A model generated the notes under the pieces. That model had not been told where the DNA came from and searched no databases. It worked only from the letters and a program-made list of their open reading frames with translations. The translations under genes and the position numbers were made by a program. Positions 34,237 through 46,880 of a stretch of DNA of 64,000 bases are shown here, piece by piece. Within the stretch, counting starts at the first letter, position 1. Every line of letters starts with the position of its first letter. Source of the stretch: Watersipora subatra (Eukaryota); contig NC_088708.1 of the NCBI RefSeq assembly GCF_963576615.1, forward strand, positions 42,925,115 to 42,989,114, in the 5' to 3' direction.

Positions 34237-37200
34237 TTACATTTTGCGCCCTCACAAGCGAGCTACTGTTTCTGTTACTGAATACATGAAGAACAGATAT
34301 TCAAGCTGTCTGAAAATTAGATAGTCAATAGCAGGTTTATAGTTACACATATTTATAAAATAACTAAATTAAGTTTTTTAAATAATTATTTAACAAAGTA
34401 TGTAATTTGAGTTCCACTTTGTGCTCATCAACTATCTCTATAGTTAAATAAGGCTAGATTGAAAAACCTTTCTACTGCAGTTTTTATTTGCAATAAGAAA
34501 AACCTTTCTGTGTGCTGTCTATAATAGGTCATTGAGTAAGTTATGCCAATGATATTGACATATGCCATTTGACAATATTCTTACTATACGTACATAGAAA
34601 TATAGCGATATATTAATCTTGTTTTCTGACACAGTCATATATCACTTAAAGAGCTTTCACTTTAATGCTGTGACAAGACAAATGTAGAATGAAAGACTCT
34701 CTCAGGCCTTCGGCCAACTCAACTCAATTCTCAACAGCCTCTGGTCCAATAGGATTGCTAGCTCTAGATTTCATTCCACGAATTAACGTATCAAGGTTAC
34801 GTGGACATTGCTCCTCTCAAAAATGCCTAATAAAATGAAATGTCAGCAGAAATTTATTTTAGCGAATTTATCATTGTTCATAATAGCTGACCACTTTTTG
34901 TTGATTCGTATATCAGGTGATCATTCTATTGATGATTGCTGCCTCATTTGTTTTCTTCCACTCTCCATGACATATGCAGTCTTTCAGTAGAAGAATTAAT
35001 AAGATATCCTGCACTAAAAACATTCAAATGCATTGTATAAAGTAGAGCCACAGACGATCAGATTCAACGAATCAAGTATATTCATTAGGTAGAGAAAGTT
35101 TTAATGATATCAAGTCTGTTATCTTCATGAAATGCAAATGAAATAGAAGAAATATGATACTGACCTATTTTTCTATTCACCAGCGTGTGAGTGTTGATTG
35201 GACAGAGTTGTTGACAGTGAGTGTTGATTGGACAGAGCACAATATTAATATCTGTTTCGTTTAATATTAATACGTGACTGTTTTTGCTTCAAATAACTTA
35301 CCAGTTGATGATAAACATTCTAACAGAAACAACTAACAAACAAACTGTAACTATTTTTAAAAGTTGGGTGATTTTAATTTCTCTACGCATAACTTAAAAA
35401 GGTACACGCAATATCTTTTGAAAATTTCCTAAAAATATCTTCTGTGGCAAGGGATATGCAATAAGCATTCATTTAGTTCTATGCGCATCTGAAAACATAG
35501 AGTTATTCTCTATGTGATTGGTTGCTCTATTGGTGACCCACAAATGAATGCAATACTGGTTGCTTGTGTATTTGGTATAAACAAGCACATTTCAGTGCGC
35601 CCGAAGAACAACAACACAATCCTACCAACTAACCATCATTCTTACCAAGAGTAACTGGAAAATTTACCAAAAAATTAATTTTGTTGCGAGTTATCTTATA
35701 ACATACTAGATGCACAAGACAATATCAAGTGATTATCAAACATTTCTTACACATCCTGGCAGTGTAGCACTCGCTCTGAACAGAATTAGAATTTTAAATG
35801 GGCAGCGAAATGTGGCTCAAGCGAGTCTTGACAAATGTTGGTTTCAAACACAGGGGCATGAAATCTGATATCTGTGGAGAGACGCTCACCCCACCGAATA
35901 TTTCCAATTTATCTTTTTGCACAAAATTGCTGTATCTCATAACAGTAATCACTGATAATCTGTTTCCATCTTATACCTCATTGATCTCTAGAAGTACTAC
36001 TTGATAGATACATTCATCCTATGCTAAAGGCAAAAAGCTAATACATGTATGTCTATGGCTCATTTACTAGTTTTAATAATAGAGTTAACAAGCTGGTTAG
36101 CTTGTTTGTCTACGCGCTTAGTTACTCAATGACCTGTTGAGTATTTACAAATGTTGAACAAAAAGTTAGGAGAACGCAACTGGATGCATCTGTTCAGTGC
36201 TTCAAGACTTCTTAATCGAATGCTTCTATATGCCTCCAAGAGCCAAGATAAGAAGTACTTGCCAGTAAAGGCTGTGTACACACTTTTCTGAATGTACAGC
36301 CGGCAAAGCAAATTAGTTTCAAACTACGCTTCAACAGAATACTGCTATAGTATCCACAACATGCTGGGATACTTTGGAGGAAGCCAACTGGCCTGCAGAG
36401 GCACTAGTTGGCCGAAAGAACTAAGCCGGCTGCAACACATCCAGCCAGCTGGACAAAGTCTAGTCAGCCTGAAAAAGGCGGACAGAGCAAGCACAGTATA
36501 AAAGGCCCTTGCACCTCTGCTCAAGGAGACAGTAGGAAAGCTAGATCAGTGACAGAGGAACACAGACAATCATCAGTGCTCTTTAATGCCACCATTACCC
36601 TTTATTATAGCGCAAGGTTTTTTGACATAAAATATGTATAATCAATCCTGACAAGCAGTGGTGTTCTTGGTATGGCTAAATGAAGGGTAGCCTGAAATTC
36701 TTGACGATATATTTTCTTAGAGAAGTATATTTTATTGTTGGTACATCATGCACAATTTAAAATTATCTCCTATTTCCATATAAACTAGATAGCCGACCGA
36801 GCATCTATATTACACCCTGTATCCAACTCCACAAAAAGCCGAATGTCGGGCTACTGCCTGCTCATAATACTACAACACTGAGCACTGCTAGTGGAGAACT
36901 ATCTTATGAACTATCATATTATGATAACTCTATTATGAGGAAGCCATCTTGATTGCGAGCTATCTGCTTGAAGAGAATTGACTAGAGATGATAAAATAAC
37001 AATTGAGGTTAAACTACACCTGGCCAAGCGAACTTATTTGTATTTTGGTAATTTGTAACCAATTTAAAAAACCATTGCTGTCAACAATTTAAAAAACCAT
37101 TGTTGTCAAGCCATTACTTGGTGCCAATAACAAATATTAATTTTCATCATTGTTACAGCCCAACAGACTGTTTCAATACTTTTGATTAAGGATTCTTTGA

Positions 37201-37820
37201 TTAACTCATCAATTCAATGGCAGTCAGAAATCTAATCATTATTTTATATTGCATAGGCTCATCAAGGATAATTGCGGATGTGGTGTTGGTACATAGTATA
37301 TAAACCAACCAAAGCTGTATGTAAAATGGCTTATTAACCAGTTGACATAAATATACATAAAATAGAGTCTACATAACATCTAGTGCAAAACAAAGTAATA
37401 ATAATAATCATCTCATCATGGCGACCTAACTACAAATAATAATAATAATATTAACTTGTGCAAAAGACTATGAAGCGCAAGCCATTAATGTGAGGATAAG
37501 TCGAAGGGGCTGCAGGACATCAAGTGAGATACGCCATGTTGTGTTACAAGCACCATAAGTTCAATCCCTCTCTTCCTTTGCTAATGTCAGTTATTATGAA
37601 GAGTGCAGAATATAACAACTAAGTGTTATTAGCAAACGCTAAATGAATGCATAGAAAATGATATGAGAAAATTTCTCAAAGATGCGCATCAAATGGCTAA
37701 AAAAGGTCGGTGGATGATCTTGTAATTTCGATAAGAATTCCACGTTTAAATACATAAAAAATAGCCACCAGCGACAATAAACTAAAACAGATTCATCGTA
37801 ATTGCGTTAAACGAAAACTC

Positions 37821-38100
37821 CTATGATAAGGCTGGCATGACAATCAAAACGATAGTCCCTTTCGAGCTTTTTAGTAGTGAGACGGCTTCTTCATGAGTAG
37901 CCCCTTCCAGCGACTCGCCGTTAACTGAAACAATCCTGTCGCCTCTTTTTAGACGACCATCAGTTGCAGCTGCACCCTTTTCAAACACAGTTTTTATGTA
38001 GATAGGCAGGTTGCCGTGGGGGCTACCAAAACCACCCACAATGGAGAATCCAAGACCCTCTGTACCCTTGAGCAGTACAACTTCCTTTAGCTCAGCTTGG
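37821..38100 (-). CDS. MPDZ: MPDZ-family terminal exon: last PDZ ([91 protein letters not shown])
   Basis: The sequence is near-identical to MUPP1 PDZ13 ([73 protein letters not shown]). The stop codon is at 37821-37823. Confidence 0.9.
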
Positions 38101-38208
38101 CTACAAAACCACACAATATGCTGAAAAGAGTGATGACACATCCAACAGGAAATACTATACAACGGGTTGCAAACATATGTAATAAAATAGCTTATAGTAA
38201 AGAGAACC

Positions 38209-38312
38209 AGGAGTAACATTGAGGAGTAACATTGAGGAGTAACATTGAGGAGTAACATTGAGGAGTAACATTGAGGAGTAACATTGAGGAGTAACATTGA
38301 GGAGTAACATTG
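38209..38312. repeat. 15-bp tandem repeat x7 (gaggagtaacattga)
   Basis: The direct repeats are visible. They explain the spurious MLLLNVTPQCYSS ORFs. Confidence 0.95.
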
Positions 38313-38314
38313 TC

Positions 38315-38552
38315 GGACGGGTATAACTGGAGTATCTCAGAACCTGCACGCAACCTCAGAACCTCTATGTATGCATGCATACATGCATGTATGCATGCAT
38401 ACATGCATGTATGCATGCATACATGCATGTATGCATGCATGTATGCATGCATACATGCATGTATGCATGCATGCATACATGCATGTATGCATGCATACAT
38501 AGAGGTTCTGAGGTTGCATGCAGGTTCTGAGATATTCCAGTTATACCCGTCC
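38315..38552. mobile_element. foldback/MITE-like element: 55-bp perfect TIRs (GGACGGGTATAACTGGAGTATCTCAGAACCTGCACGCAACCTCAGAACCTCTATG) flanking a (CATGCATACATG)n core, with a 9-bp TSD AACATTGTC
   Basis: The TIRs and the TSD (38306-38314 and 38553-38561) were read directly from the sequence. Confidence 0.55.
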
Positions 38553-38597
38553 AACATTGTCACATCTTGATTAAAGGGATGCAAGAAGTGTAAATAC

Positions 38598-38767
38598 CTG
38601 TGAGCTACGCTTTCCTCACCACTCTCCTCAGCACTTGTATCTTCTTCAGAGGCTGGTGCCACCTCCATGTTAACTGAACCTTTGGATTGTTTGAGAAGTG
38701 CTACCGCCTCCTTATGCGTCATATGTTCTGTTCCTTCCCCATTAATGGACAGTATCTTTTCTCCGAC
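38598..38767 (-). CDS. MPDZ: MPDZ-family exon (VGEKILSINGEGTEHMTHKEAVALLKQSKGSVNMEVAPASEEDTSAEESGEESVAH)
   Basis: This is the PDZ second half plus an acidic linker, with acceptor ttgttag and donor GTATTT. Confidence 0.75.
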
Positions 38768-38872
38768 CTAACAAAGCAAATAAGCTTGTACTTCCTTCAT
38801 AAAGGCGGAACCTTAAACGCAAGCCTACAATAAATATGCACGAGTGACAAATAAGAAAAACTGAACACTCAC

Positions 38873-39027
38873 AGTGACTTTAGAGGCAGCCTGGCCCTGG
38901 GCATATGCAATGATAACTGGCTGATCACCTATCGGAGAACCAAGACCTCCTGCTATGCTGATGCCTAATGCTCCATTTCTGTCCTTTTCTAGGGTAACTC
39001 TTCGTCTGCCGAAATTCATACTTGGTC
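38873..39027 (-). CDS. MPDZ: MPDZ-family exon (PSMNFGRRRVTLEKDRNGALGISIAGGLGSPIGDQPVIIAYAQGQAASKVT; penultimate PDZ first half)
   Basis: The sequence matches MUPP1 PDZ12 ..GISIAGGVGSPLGDVPIFIAMM. This is ORF-track ORF 38825..39019. Confidence 0.8.
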
Positions 39028-39947
39028 CTGTGATACAAACGACAATTTAAATAGAGCTGTCTGAGTAGTGGTGACCTGAAGACGGCTTTTACATAGCCTT
39101 GAAAATGTTCAGAGAATAAAGAGAATAATCAAGGAGGTCTAATTTTGCTACTAAAAGGAATATTCTATACAATATATTATTGTAGAGCACGAAATATTAA
39201 TTACAAACCAGACAACATTTAAATCTGAATGAGTGTTAGAACTTGTAACCAATGTATGAATTTAACTTTAAAACAATTACAAACAGCAGAAACACTATTC
39301 TAACAGTATTCCATGAACAAAATCATGAGAGTAAAAGTAATTACTATTTCATGATTGGACAGTATCGTTTTTGGACAGTAAACAAACACATTTTAAAAAT
39401 AAACTTTCTATAATCTGCTTAAGAAAACAGTCCTGGTCTTATTAACAGTAGCAATTAATATACCAGTTGAGACTTCTTATTTTGGCTTCCGTCATTATTA
39501 TAAACCATAAAATTTATTTTTAATTTTATAACAAATGAAGTAGCTTATTTTGCTTGCAATACACCGATGAAACAAAACACTGACAACAACATTGCAACTG
39601 TGCTTCAACAACCTCTAGAAAACTAAAATAAATATTCCAAACAACAATCATTTTCATGTATAAAAAATGATGAAAAATATATTCAACAAGAGAAACGTAT
39701 CTAAATGTAACACATGCATTCTTTCCAACAGACAGGAAGCTATGTTGAGGAACTTCTTATAAGTGTTTTACAACAATACAATATGGCTTTAAACATTGAG
39801 CATAGACGTTGTATCCATTACTTATTTTACACAAATGATGCGCAATAATCAATAGAGCAACTTATGAGAGAATCTCATAAAATGCTACAAATACACTGAT
39901 CAGACAACTCCTTAAAGGAATTACACAAGTTGTTATTGATACGATAC

Positions 39948-40050
39948 CTGCATGTCTGGTCTCCCATTCACTTTCACTCCCCCTTCTCGAACTAGACTGA
40001 GATCCTAACTTGAGTCTCCCAATGGTCATCTCCACACGACCACTTACATT
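39948..40050 (-). CDS. MPDZ: MPDZ-family linker exon (NVSGRVEMTIGRLKLGSQSSSRRGSESEWETRHA)
   Basis: Acceptor tttacag and donor GTATCG are present. The phase carries correctly into exon 38873-39027. Confidence 0.4.
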
Positions 40051-42161
40051 CTGTAAAGATAAGTATTAATAACTACTTGAATGAGATTGTAATGACAAAT
40101 TAGAATAAAAATGGTCTGAATTTTATTTCAAAGACTTCTTAAGACGACAAGTTTCAATCTTTTCAAAGTTCTGAAGACATTAATTGAATGCGTGTTTTTT
40201 CTCAGGCAATTTGAATTGCTACTGCACTACAAGCTGCTCGTATAAGTAAAGTAGATTTTGTGATAAAAATGCTGCACCACTTTAAAATTTCCTCTCATAT
40301 TTGTCATGAAGAACAATTTTATATGATAATTTCTTAAATAATTATATTCTATTAATGTCGGCCAGTGTCAAAGATACTAAACATAAAACTATTTTGCCTT
40401 TTACAAATACCTCAAAATTAACTGAGTTTAACAGCCATCATTTATATAAACAGTTATATATAAATTTATGTAAACAATTTTATATATATTTATATAAAAT
40501 TAATCCCGAGTGATTGGCATTTTATATAGATGAAGCGTGTAGCAAACGAAAGATATATAGATTTAGCAAACAATATATTTCTACAGTAATAATCAAATGG
40601 AGATATGCTACAATTGAAATACTAAGCCAGCCAATCAAACTTGAGGAAGTTTAAACATCTACTTTGAAAGATTTTGTGGAATTTGTTGCATCTGAAAAGG
40701 TGTTGACTCTGAATTAATTCGATGGTTTAGGTCTAAGAGCCAAACTATCTCTCACAGTTTTACACATTTCTATAGCAAACATTCTTATGAATTAACTGGT
40801 CTGGGTAGCTAAGCGTTGTTTCCAACCCCGATGAGACAACTCCATTTCTATACACGCTAAGATCTGTAGGTGAAAAAATATTCCCATGTAGAAAAACATT
40901 TATCAAACACCTACCTGAGTTTGTTTGATGAATCTGTTCAAAACTGAAATGTTATATTACTGATAATGGCAGAGATACAACAATTTTTGTGACAACTTTT
41001 TCACAAAAATACTTTATTCGCCTTTTTGTATTGTTATTGAAGGTTGCCGCTATTTACAGTATAGCTACAAGCTACAAGGCTACTATGATGACCGATTTGA
41101 AAATATATTTTTGTCATGCCACATGTTTAATGCATAAATGATATGTAGATTAAACAGCTATCCACAATCGATGCTACAAAATTGCGCGCATTGGCAAGTA
41201 AATTGACCAATGAGAATTGGTGTCGGTTTAGTCAAGGCCACGACATCTTTGATGAATTTCCCATAAATTATTGAAGAGTCTTCAGCATATTACTGATCTG
41301 TTATGGATAATGAACAAATTGTGATGCCGGCTATAGCATTTGTGCAGCTGATTACGCAAAAAACTAATTACATGTTAACGATAAAAATTAGCCAACTAGA
41401 AAAAAACAATTTACATTCATGAGATGAATTAAACAACTGTAGAAACTTAGGTTTTCAATAGACTTAATCTGATAAAGAATTAATCCTTGAAATTTTTCGA
41501 GAGTAGTCCCCAGTAACACCAGCAGCCTTTAAGTAAAAATAACTTTGTCCATATCTAAAATGTTGTTTGTCTAAAACTCATTAGTCGTTTCTTGAAGGTA
41601 AATCTCAAATACAATTAGCATATGCTGAAAATGAATTGAAAGGATTTGGGATTATGCTCAATGCGAAATCAAATCGACCAGCCAATCTCAACTTTTCAAT
41701 CCCAATAAATTTCTTCTCTATCATCATATACTAACGTGTTCATTTCAACGTGACGCAATTTACAGCTATCGGCGGTATATTGGCGATGCGAACAATGCAT
41801 TTTGTCGATATGTGGAGCCGTGACTTTGGCATATAAAGAAATATACAAACATACAATGGGAACTTCGATGGCTAGAACATAATTGATGCAAATTTGAAGC
41901 AAAAAACAATATTGAAAACTGGACAATGTTGTTTTTGAAACACGTATCGACAGATGACTTTTGTCGGCGTTGCGATTGACTGAGAGAATGACAATTCCCC
42001 AGCTAACAGAAACGCATTGTCCAAAGTGTTGAAGCCCAGCTGGTAGTGTTAAGTGAATTGGATTGGCTCTGACATGTTTGAACAACTACCCTGGCAATAT
42101 TATTAGCTGCCAAAACAGCATAAGTGTATCAAAGTCAAAGAAACCAGTCTCAAGTGTCTAC

Positions 42162-42278
42162 CTTGAGAATATTGACTGCCTCCTCCTGGGTCACTTGTCT
42201 CATGTTGTGCTCATTAACGCTCAAGATTTGATCGCCTTGTCCTAAATGGCCATCTTTTTCAGCGATTCCTCCAGGAAC
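42162..42278 (-). CDS. MPDZ: MPDZ-family exon (VPGGIAEKDGHLGQGDQILSVNEHNMRQVTQEEAVNILK)
   Basis: The sequence matches MUPP1 [38 protein letters not shown]. This is ORF-track ORF 42150..42359. Confidence 0.8.
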
Positions 42279-43415
42279 CTGTTGGAGATACACGAGATAC
42301 AATAAGACATCCGCAAACAAGTATTCTGCAAAAAAATTCAAAGGCGTCTTTTGCAACACATACCGTAAACCCTCTAATGAACGTCACCTCTATTTGACCC
42401 ACCCTGAGAGAAGGGTTGAAAAATAGAGCGCCAATGTCTAATTGAACACCACTTTCATTTGACTGCCACTTGGACCTTATTTTATTTTTACGAGCCCATA
42501 ATATCAACTGATCAGAAGAAAAGTGTCCACAATATCATATTAATAATGAATCCTTCACATCAACGAAATAATAACAATTAATTTTTTTAAGTTTTATTTT
42601 TCATTCAAACTTTGAAAGCAACACAATGGAAATAATTAATCACTGTCTCAGGTTAATAACAGTTTTTGTTTAATGGAGTCTTGATACTTCAAAGTGCATG
42701 TATATAAAAAACAGTTTAAATTTTTGATGGTAGATGAATGACTAGTTTTAGGGTGAAGGTTGCGTTTAGCAAGCAGAACTTTACCACATTGCATTGGTGC
42801 TAAATGCAGCGCGTAAAAGTACTGCACTGCGAAAAAAATTATTTGAATGCTAATATCCACTAGTTCAGCATTGCAGAAGAAGAGTTGAGGTCAGAAGACA
42901 TTGTTGAAGGTATTGGACAGCCAGAAGAAGCTTGCGCCATCGAAAGCCACAATCAGAATGCTGCTATCCGAGCAAACATTTTTGTTTTAAAAACGTTAAT
43001 ACTTCTGCATGTATTATAAGTGTGGTTCGTTTATATCACGTGTCATAATACTTATACATAGCTACTTTTAACCTTGACCATAGAACAAGTATTACAAACT
43101 ATTTCATCTGTTCAATAAACTAGGCGGTGCTAATTTAAAAGAAAATTTCCAAAGCCACAAATTAAATGTTATATAAAGGCTCTATAAATAATAAGCAAAA
43201 ATAACTCATTTTATTAAAGGATCTATAAAGAAACTACATCCGCAACAAACAAGGTTATAAAACGAGATTTATCTGCTCTTGCAAACTTATCAGACTGGCA
43301 CTAACTTATCATTAATTGGCTATAAAAAAATAAAGATACGTGAATTAGACTGAAGAGACACACAAAAGAGATAGCAAGAAAAAGACAAACACAGTGAAGA
43401 GGTCCAAAAACTCAC

Positions 43416-43592
43416 CACATCAGAGACAAATACACCGACATCATTCCTCTTGCCAACAATGCTAAGACCAAGACCTTTGTTAGAAGGTTTATGAAGGACA
43501 ACAGAGAAGGTGTCTATCAGGTCTTCCTCCTTGTACTGTTCCTCATCTCTGAAGACTAGCATTGAGACTTTTACAGGGGTCTGTCTCAGGTA
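43416..43592 (-). CDS. MPDZ: MPDZ-family exon ([60 protein letters not shown])
   Basis: The sequence matches MUPP1 [60 protein letters not shown] closely. This is ORF-track ORF 43320..43562. Confidence 0.85.
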
Positions 43593-43721
43593 CTGTATGA
43601 CACAAGAGAGCAGCCGTGTTAAACAAGATCGATTGCTAAGTGGAACTGGTAGTCAACATATATGTAAATGACTGGCTATATGACCAGTAATGCAGAGGGA
43701 CAGCGAGGTGTGACTTATCAC

Positions 43722-43853
43722 CTGAATAGCCTCATCATGTGTCGCATTTCTTAGATCATTTCCACTAACTTCTAAAATTTGATCTCCGGCGAGAAGTCGT
43801 CCATCCCTGGCGGCTGCTCCCTCGGCATACACCTCATGTATTATAATAGCACC
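43722..43853 (-). CDS. MPDZ: MPDZ-family exon ([44 protein letters not shown])
   Basis: This is ORF-track ORF 43653..43874. It matches the MUPP1 PDZ8 region (..[13 protein letters not shown]). Confidence 0.75.
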
Positions 43854-44396
43854 CTGAAATATATGGTCAGCCATAAGCCAAGAACAGTCGTGTGATCATG
43901 TGCTGCCTTTTCCAAGTTCCTTTCATTCACCTACAGCGGATGGACTAGGTCTCTATGGTGCACCAATAACACTATCGACACATGACACGTCTAACAAAGC
44001 CTTTCCAGTAAATAGTCAAAATCTGTTTGTCTAGAGCAGAATATCTGTATTGTCTAATGGGTGACCATATTATATATGTGTATATTGGCGAACCTGCTCA
44101 AATGAGTGTAAGAATATAAACAATTTTGGACAACAATGACAGCGTGATCATGTGCTGCCTTTTCCAAATTCATTCTATTCACCTGCAGCTCATGGACTAG
44201 GTCTCTTTGGTGAACCAATAACACTACTAACACATGACAGGTTCCACAAAGTCTTTCCGACAAGTAGTCAAAATCTAGTCGATCCCTTCAGGCTAATTTC
44301 AATTGACAGTTACTAAGTAATTTGTTTTGTTTTTGAATCACTGATCAGTCTAGCTGATCACGGTTGTTTGAACCATTAAACTAGGCGATAACTCAC

Positions 44397-44684
44397 AAGA
44401 AGCGTGTCAGAACCTCCCACGATGCTTAGCCCGAGGCCTGTCTGGCCTTTGTCTATGAGTATCTCTATTTCTTCACCAGCTACAATTGGTCTCGTCAGTG
44501 CCAGTTCATCCTCGCCGTCGCTGCTCTCACTGCTACTGCTCGGTGCTGATGTCCCGCGGAGGCTCGCATTAATCAGCTGCCCACCTTCCTGATAGTCATG
44601 CAGTTCAGAGCTGTCAGGAGAACCTGGATGCTGTGAGACTACAAGAGTTACCGACCCTGTTTGGGCTCGCAATAGGTCGATCAC
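44397..44684 (-). CDS. MPDZ: MPDZ-family exon (PDZ end VIDLLRAQTGSVTLVV, Ser-rich linker, then next PDZ start [25 protein letters not shown])
   Basis: This is ORF-track ORF 44376..44684, 288 nt, phase 0, with acceptor tttgtag and donor GTGAGT. Confidence 0.7.
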
Positions 44685-44766
44685 CTACAAAGAAACGAAT
44701 AGCCAGCCATTATTACAGTTGACACGATTTCACATCAGCAGGAAAAATTGGAGTAAGTAATGGCAT

Positions 44767-44838
44767 CATATCTTACTTTGTTGTAAGTAGTCCCGACAAC
44801 AGACACATTGTTAACTGCCAGCAACCGGTCTCCGACAC
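44767..44838 (-). CDS. MPDZ: MPDZ-family exon (SKLSVGDRLLAVNNVSVVGTTYNK; PDZ second half)
   Basis: This 72-nt exon lies between acceptor tttgtag and donor GTAAGA. Confidence 0.6.
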
Positions 44839-44954
44839 TCAGCTTGCTCTACAAATAATGTAGTGCCATTAGAATATAAAATTCTTTATATACCAGCTAA
44901 ATGACGTTGTTAATGCAAAGATATCTTTAGAGAACAGACAGAGCAACAACTCAC

Positions 44955-45204
44955 TGAAGCTGCCAGTCCACCGGGTATGAGCGTCTTAATAAAGATGCCG
45001 GCATCTCCGGTTATGCTACCATCCATTATCGCAAATCCTAGACCTTTGGAACCCTTATCAAGTGTAACCTCTAGCAGATTGTCAAACTCCCTGAAGTCCA
45101 GTCCGTTTCCGAAGCGTGAATAGTTAGTCTGTGATTTGTCAATCGCTGCCTTCAGCTCTTTGTAATTGGGAGAGCGGCCTAGCCTGTCGTCTAAGTCGCT
45201 GTGT
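44955..45204 (-). CDS. MPDZ: MPDZ-family exon (linker plus PDZ first half ..EVTLDKGSKGLGFAIMDGSITGDAGIFIKTLIPGGLAAS)
   Basis: The exon is 250 nt and phase-consistent, with acceptor ttctag and donor GTGAGT. Confidence 0.65.
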
Positions 45205-45417
45205 CTAGAATTAGAGACAGAATTGTGGCTATTAAATACTAGCGTGAAATATAGCTACACTATCCCTATCGGTATATCATGTTAGCCATGATAACCCAAC
45301 TATGTGGAACAGCAACTAGAAACTAATTTGCCAAGTTCCCAACAGACTGACATAGGCTCAGTTGTATCCACCAAGCGGTGGGGGTGAGACTAAGACATAA
45401 GGCTATGATTCACTCAC

Positions 45418-45703
45418 CTTACTAGGACTATTTTAATGTGATTTGTGTTGATGGAAGCGAGAATATTGCTGGCGTTTGTCGGTGGCTGCTTGTGCAGTAT
45501 TTCTCCATTTACCTCCAGCAGTTGGTCACCGATCCTAATTCGGCCGTCTTGAGCAACCACCCCTTCATTATTAATGTCTGATACGTATAAGTTTGAATCA
45601 TCGCCTATTAGATCCATTCCTAACTTTTCTCCTCTTGTTGTCCTTTTAAATTCTACGATATGTAATTCTCCAGCCAGCGAGCGGTATTTCCTTCGCAATT
45701 TCT
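45418..45703 (-). CDS. MPDZ: MPDZ-family PDZ exon (KLRRKYRSLAGELHIVEFKRTTRGEKLGMDLIGDDSNLYVSDINNEGVVAQDGRIRIGDQLLEVNGEILHKQPPTNASNILASINTNHIKIVLV)
   Basis: This is ORF-track ORF 45414..45722, a complete PDZ fold with acceptor ctttcag and donor GTGAGT. Confidence 0.7.
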
Positions 45704-45878
45704 CTGAAAGCAAGTGCACCAAAACCTCAAACTAAACGCAAAGAAGAAAACTGTCAGAGGCAATCAATCACACCAGACTTTACAAAGCAACAGGAAACAT
45801 GAAATGCAGGAACATGTTCACATCGAGTGGAGACGAAACAGAGGTAAAATGAGTTGAGACAAATGAAGCTGAGTTGGA

Positions 45879-46275
45879 GGTGACATGGTGATGAGATGTC
45901 AAGGCAGAAGTGACATGGTGATGAGATGTCAAGGCAGAGGTGACATGGTGATGAGCTGTCAAGGCAGAGGTGACATGGTGATGAGCTGTCAAGGCAGAGG
46001 AGACATGGTGATGAGATGTCCAGGCAGAGGTGAAATGGTGATGAGATGTCAAGGCAGAGGTGACATGGTGATGAGATGTCAAGGCAGAAGTGACATGGTG
46101 ATGAGATGTCAAGGCAGAGGTGACATGGTGATGAAATGTCAAGGCAGAGGTGACATGGTGATGAGATGTCAAGGCAGAAGTGACATGGTGATGAGATGTC
46201 AAGGCAGAGGTGATATGGTGATGAGATGTCAAGGCAGAAGCGACATGGTGATGAGATGTCAAGGCATAAGTGAGA
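45879..46275. repeat. 30-bp tandem repeat x13 (gtgacatggtgatgagatgtcaaggcagag), intronic to MPDZ
   Basis: The direct repeats are visible. All six frames are open here, so the ORF-track ORFs across it are artefacts. Confidence 0.95.
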
Positions 46276-46342
46276 TAAAAACGACAGTGAAGTAAAGCTA
46301 ACTTGAAGAAGTTCAATAGAAACAAGGTCAATCTAGACTCAC

Positions 46343-46516
46343 TCCAAGTATAGCCAAACTCATCCTCTGATTCGCTATCACTCGATAGACTCGCTGCTGT
46401 AGTTGAAGCATTGTAGCTGTTGGTGGTTGTTTTGCTCAACTCTGATATTTGTCGTGGGTGAGGCTCTGCACCACTTCGCCCTGGACCGCTGAGCCTAGGA
46501 CTACTCGCGAGACTGC
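46343..46516 (-). CDS. MPDZ: MPDZ-family Ser-rich linker exon (SLASSPRLSGPGRSGAEPHPRQISELSKTTTNSYNASTTAASLSSDSESEDEFGYTW)
   Basis: Acceptor tttactag and donor GTGAGT are present. The carry-out nucleotide completes an AAG codon with the next exon. The phase mismatch with exon 52299 implies missing exon(s) in 46.5-52.3 kb. Confidence 0.5.
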
Positions 46517-46880
46517 CTAGTAAACAAAAGTGGCTATATTTATCAGTTAAGGTAAACAGAACTAGTAATTCCAGAAATGCACCCACTCAGTTTTTTTATA
46601 TGTCATATAGAATGGAGATAGTGATAAGTGCATAAATAAGTTGATCTAACGTAACATTTTATAAGAAAAAAAGTGCTAATGACTTTTTTATGACGCTTGT
46701 ATTTAGCTGTAGGAGAACACTTCAACTTGTTTCAAAGCAAAACAATGTTGACATTAAATTCAAAATAAAGTAGCAGTGCAAAGAATTAGCGTATAACAGG
46801 GAACATGGGTGGGGCTGCTGAACCGCCTTCTTTTCCTCGCTATGCTTTTGAAGCTTCATCAAGCATAAAAATGTACTATA

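Noticed and set aside
38155-38722. ORFs MLLLNVTPQCYSS.. and ..CMHACIHACMHAY..
   Set aside because: These are read-through of a 15-bp tandem repeat and a (CATGCATA)n foldback element, not coding sequence.
41696-42085. 129-aa minus-strand ORF inside the MPDZ gene
   Set aside because: It has low-complexity, non-PDZ composition, no splice-site support and no homology recognisable by eye. It is likely intronic.
45885-46295. Plus-strand ORF of 136 aa (MVMRCQGRSDMV..) and the overlapping minus-strand ORF of 268 aa across the 30-bp tandem repeat
   Set aside because: All six frames are open over a stop-free tandem repeat. The region is intronic to MPDZ. Only the 46343-46516 portion of the minus ORF is a real exon.
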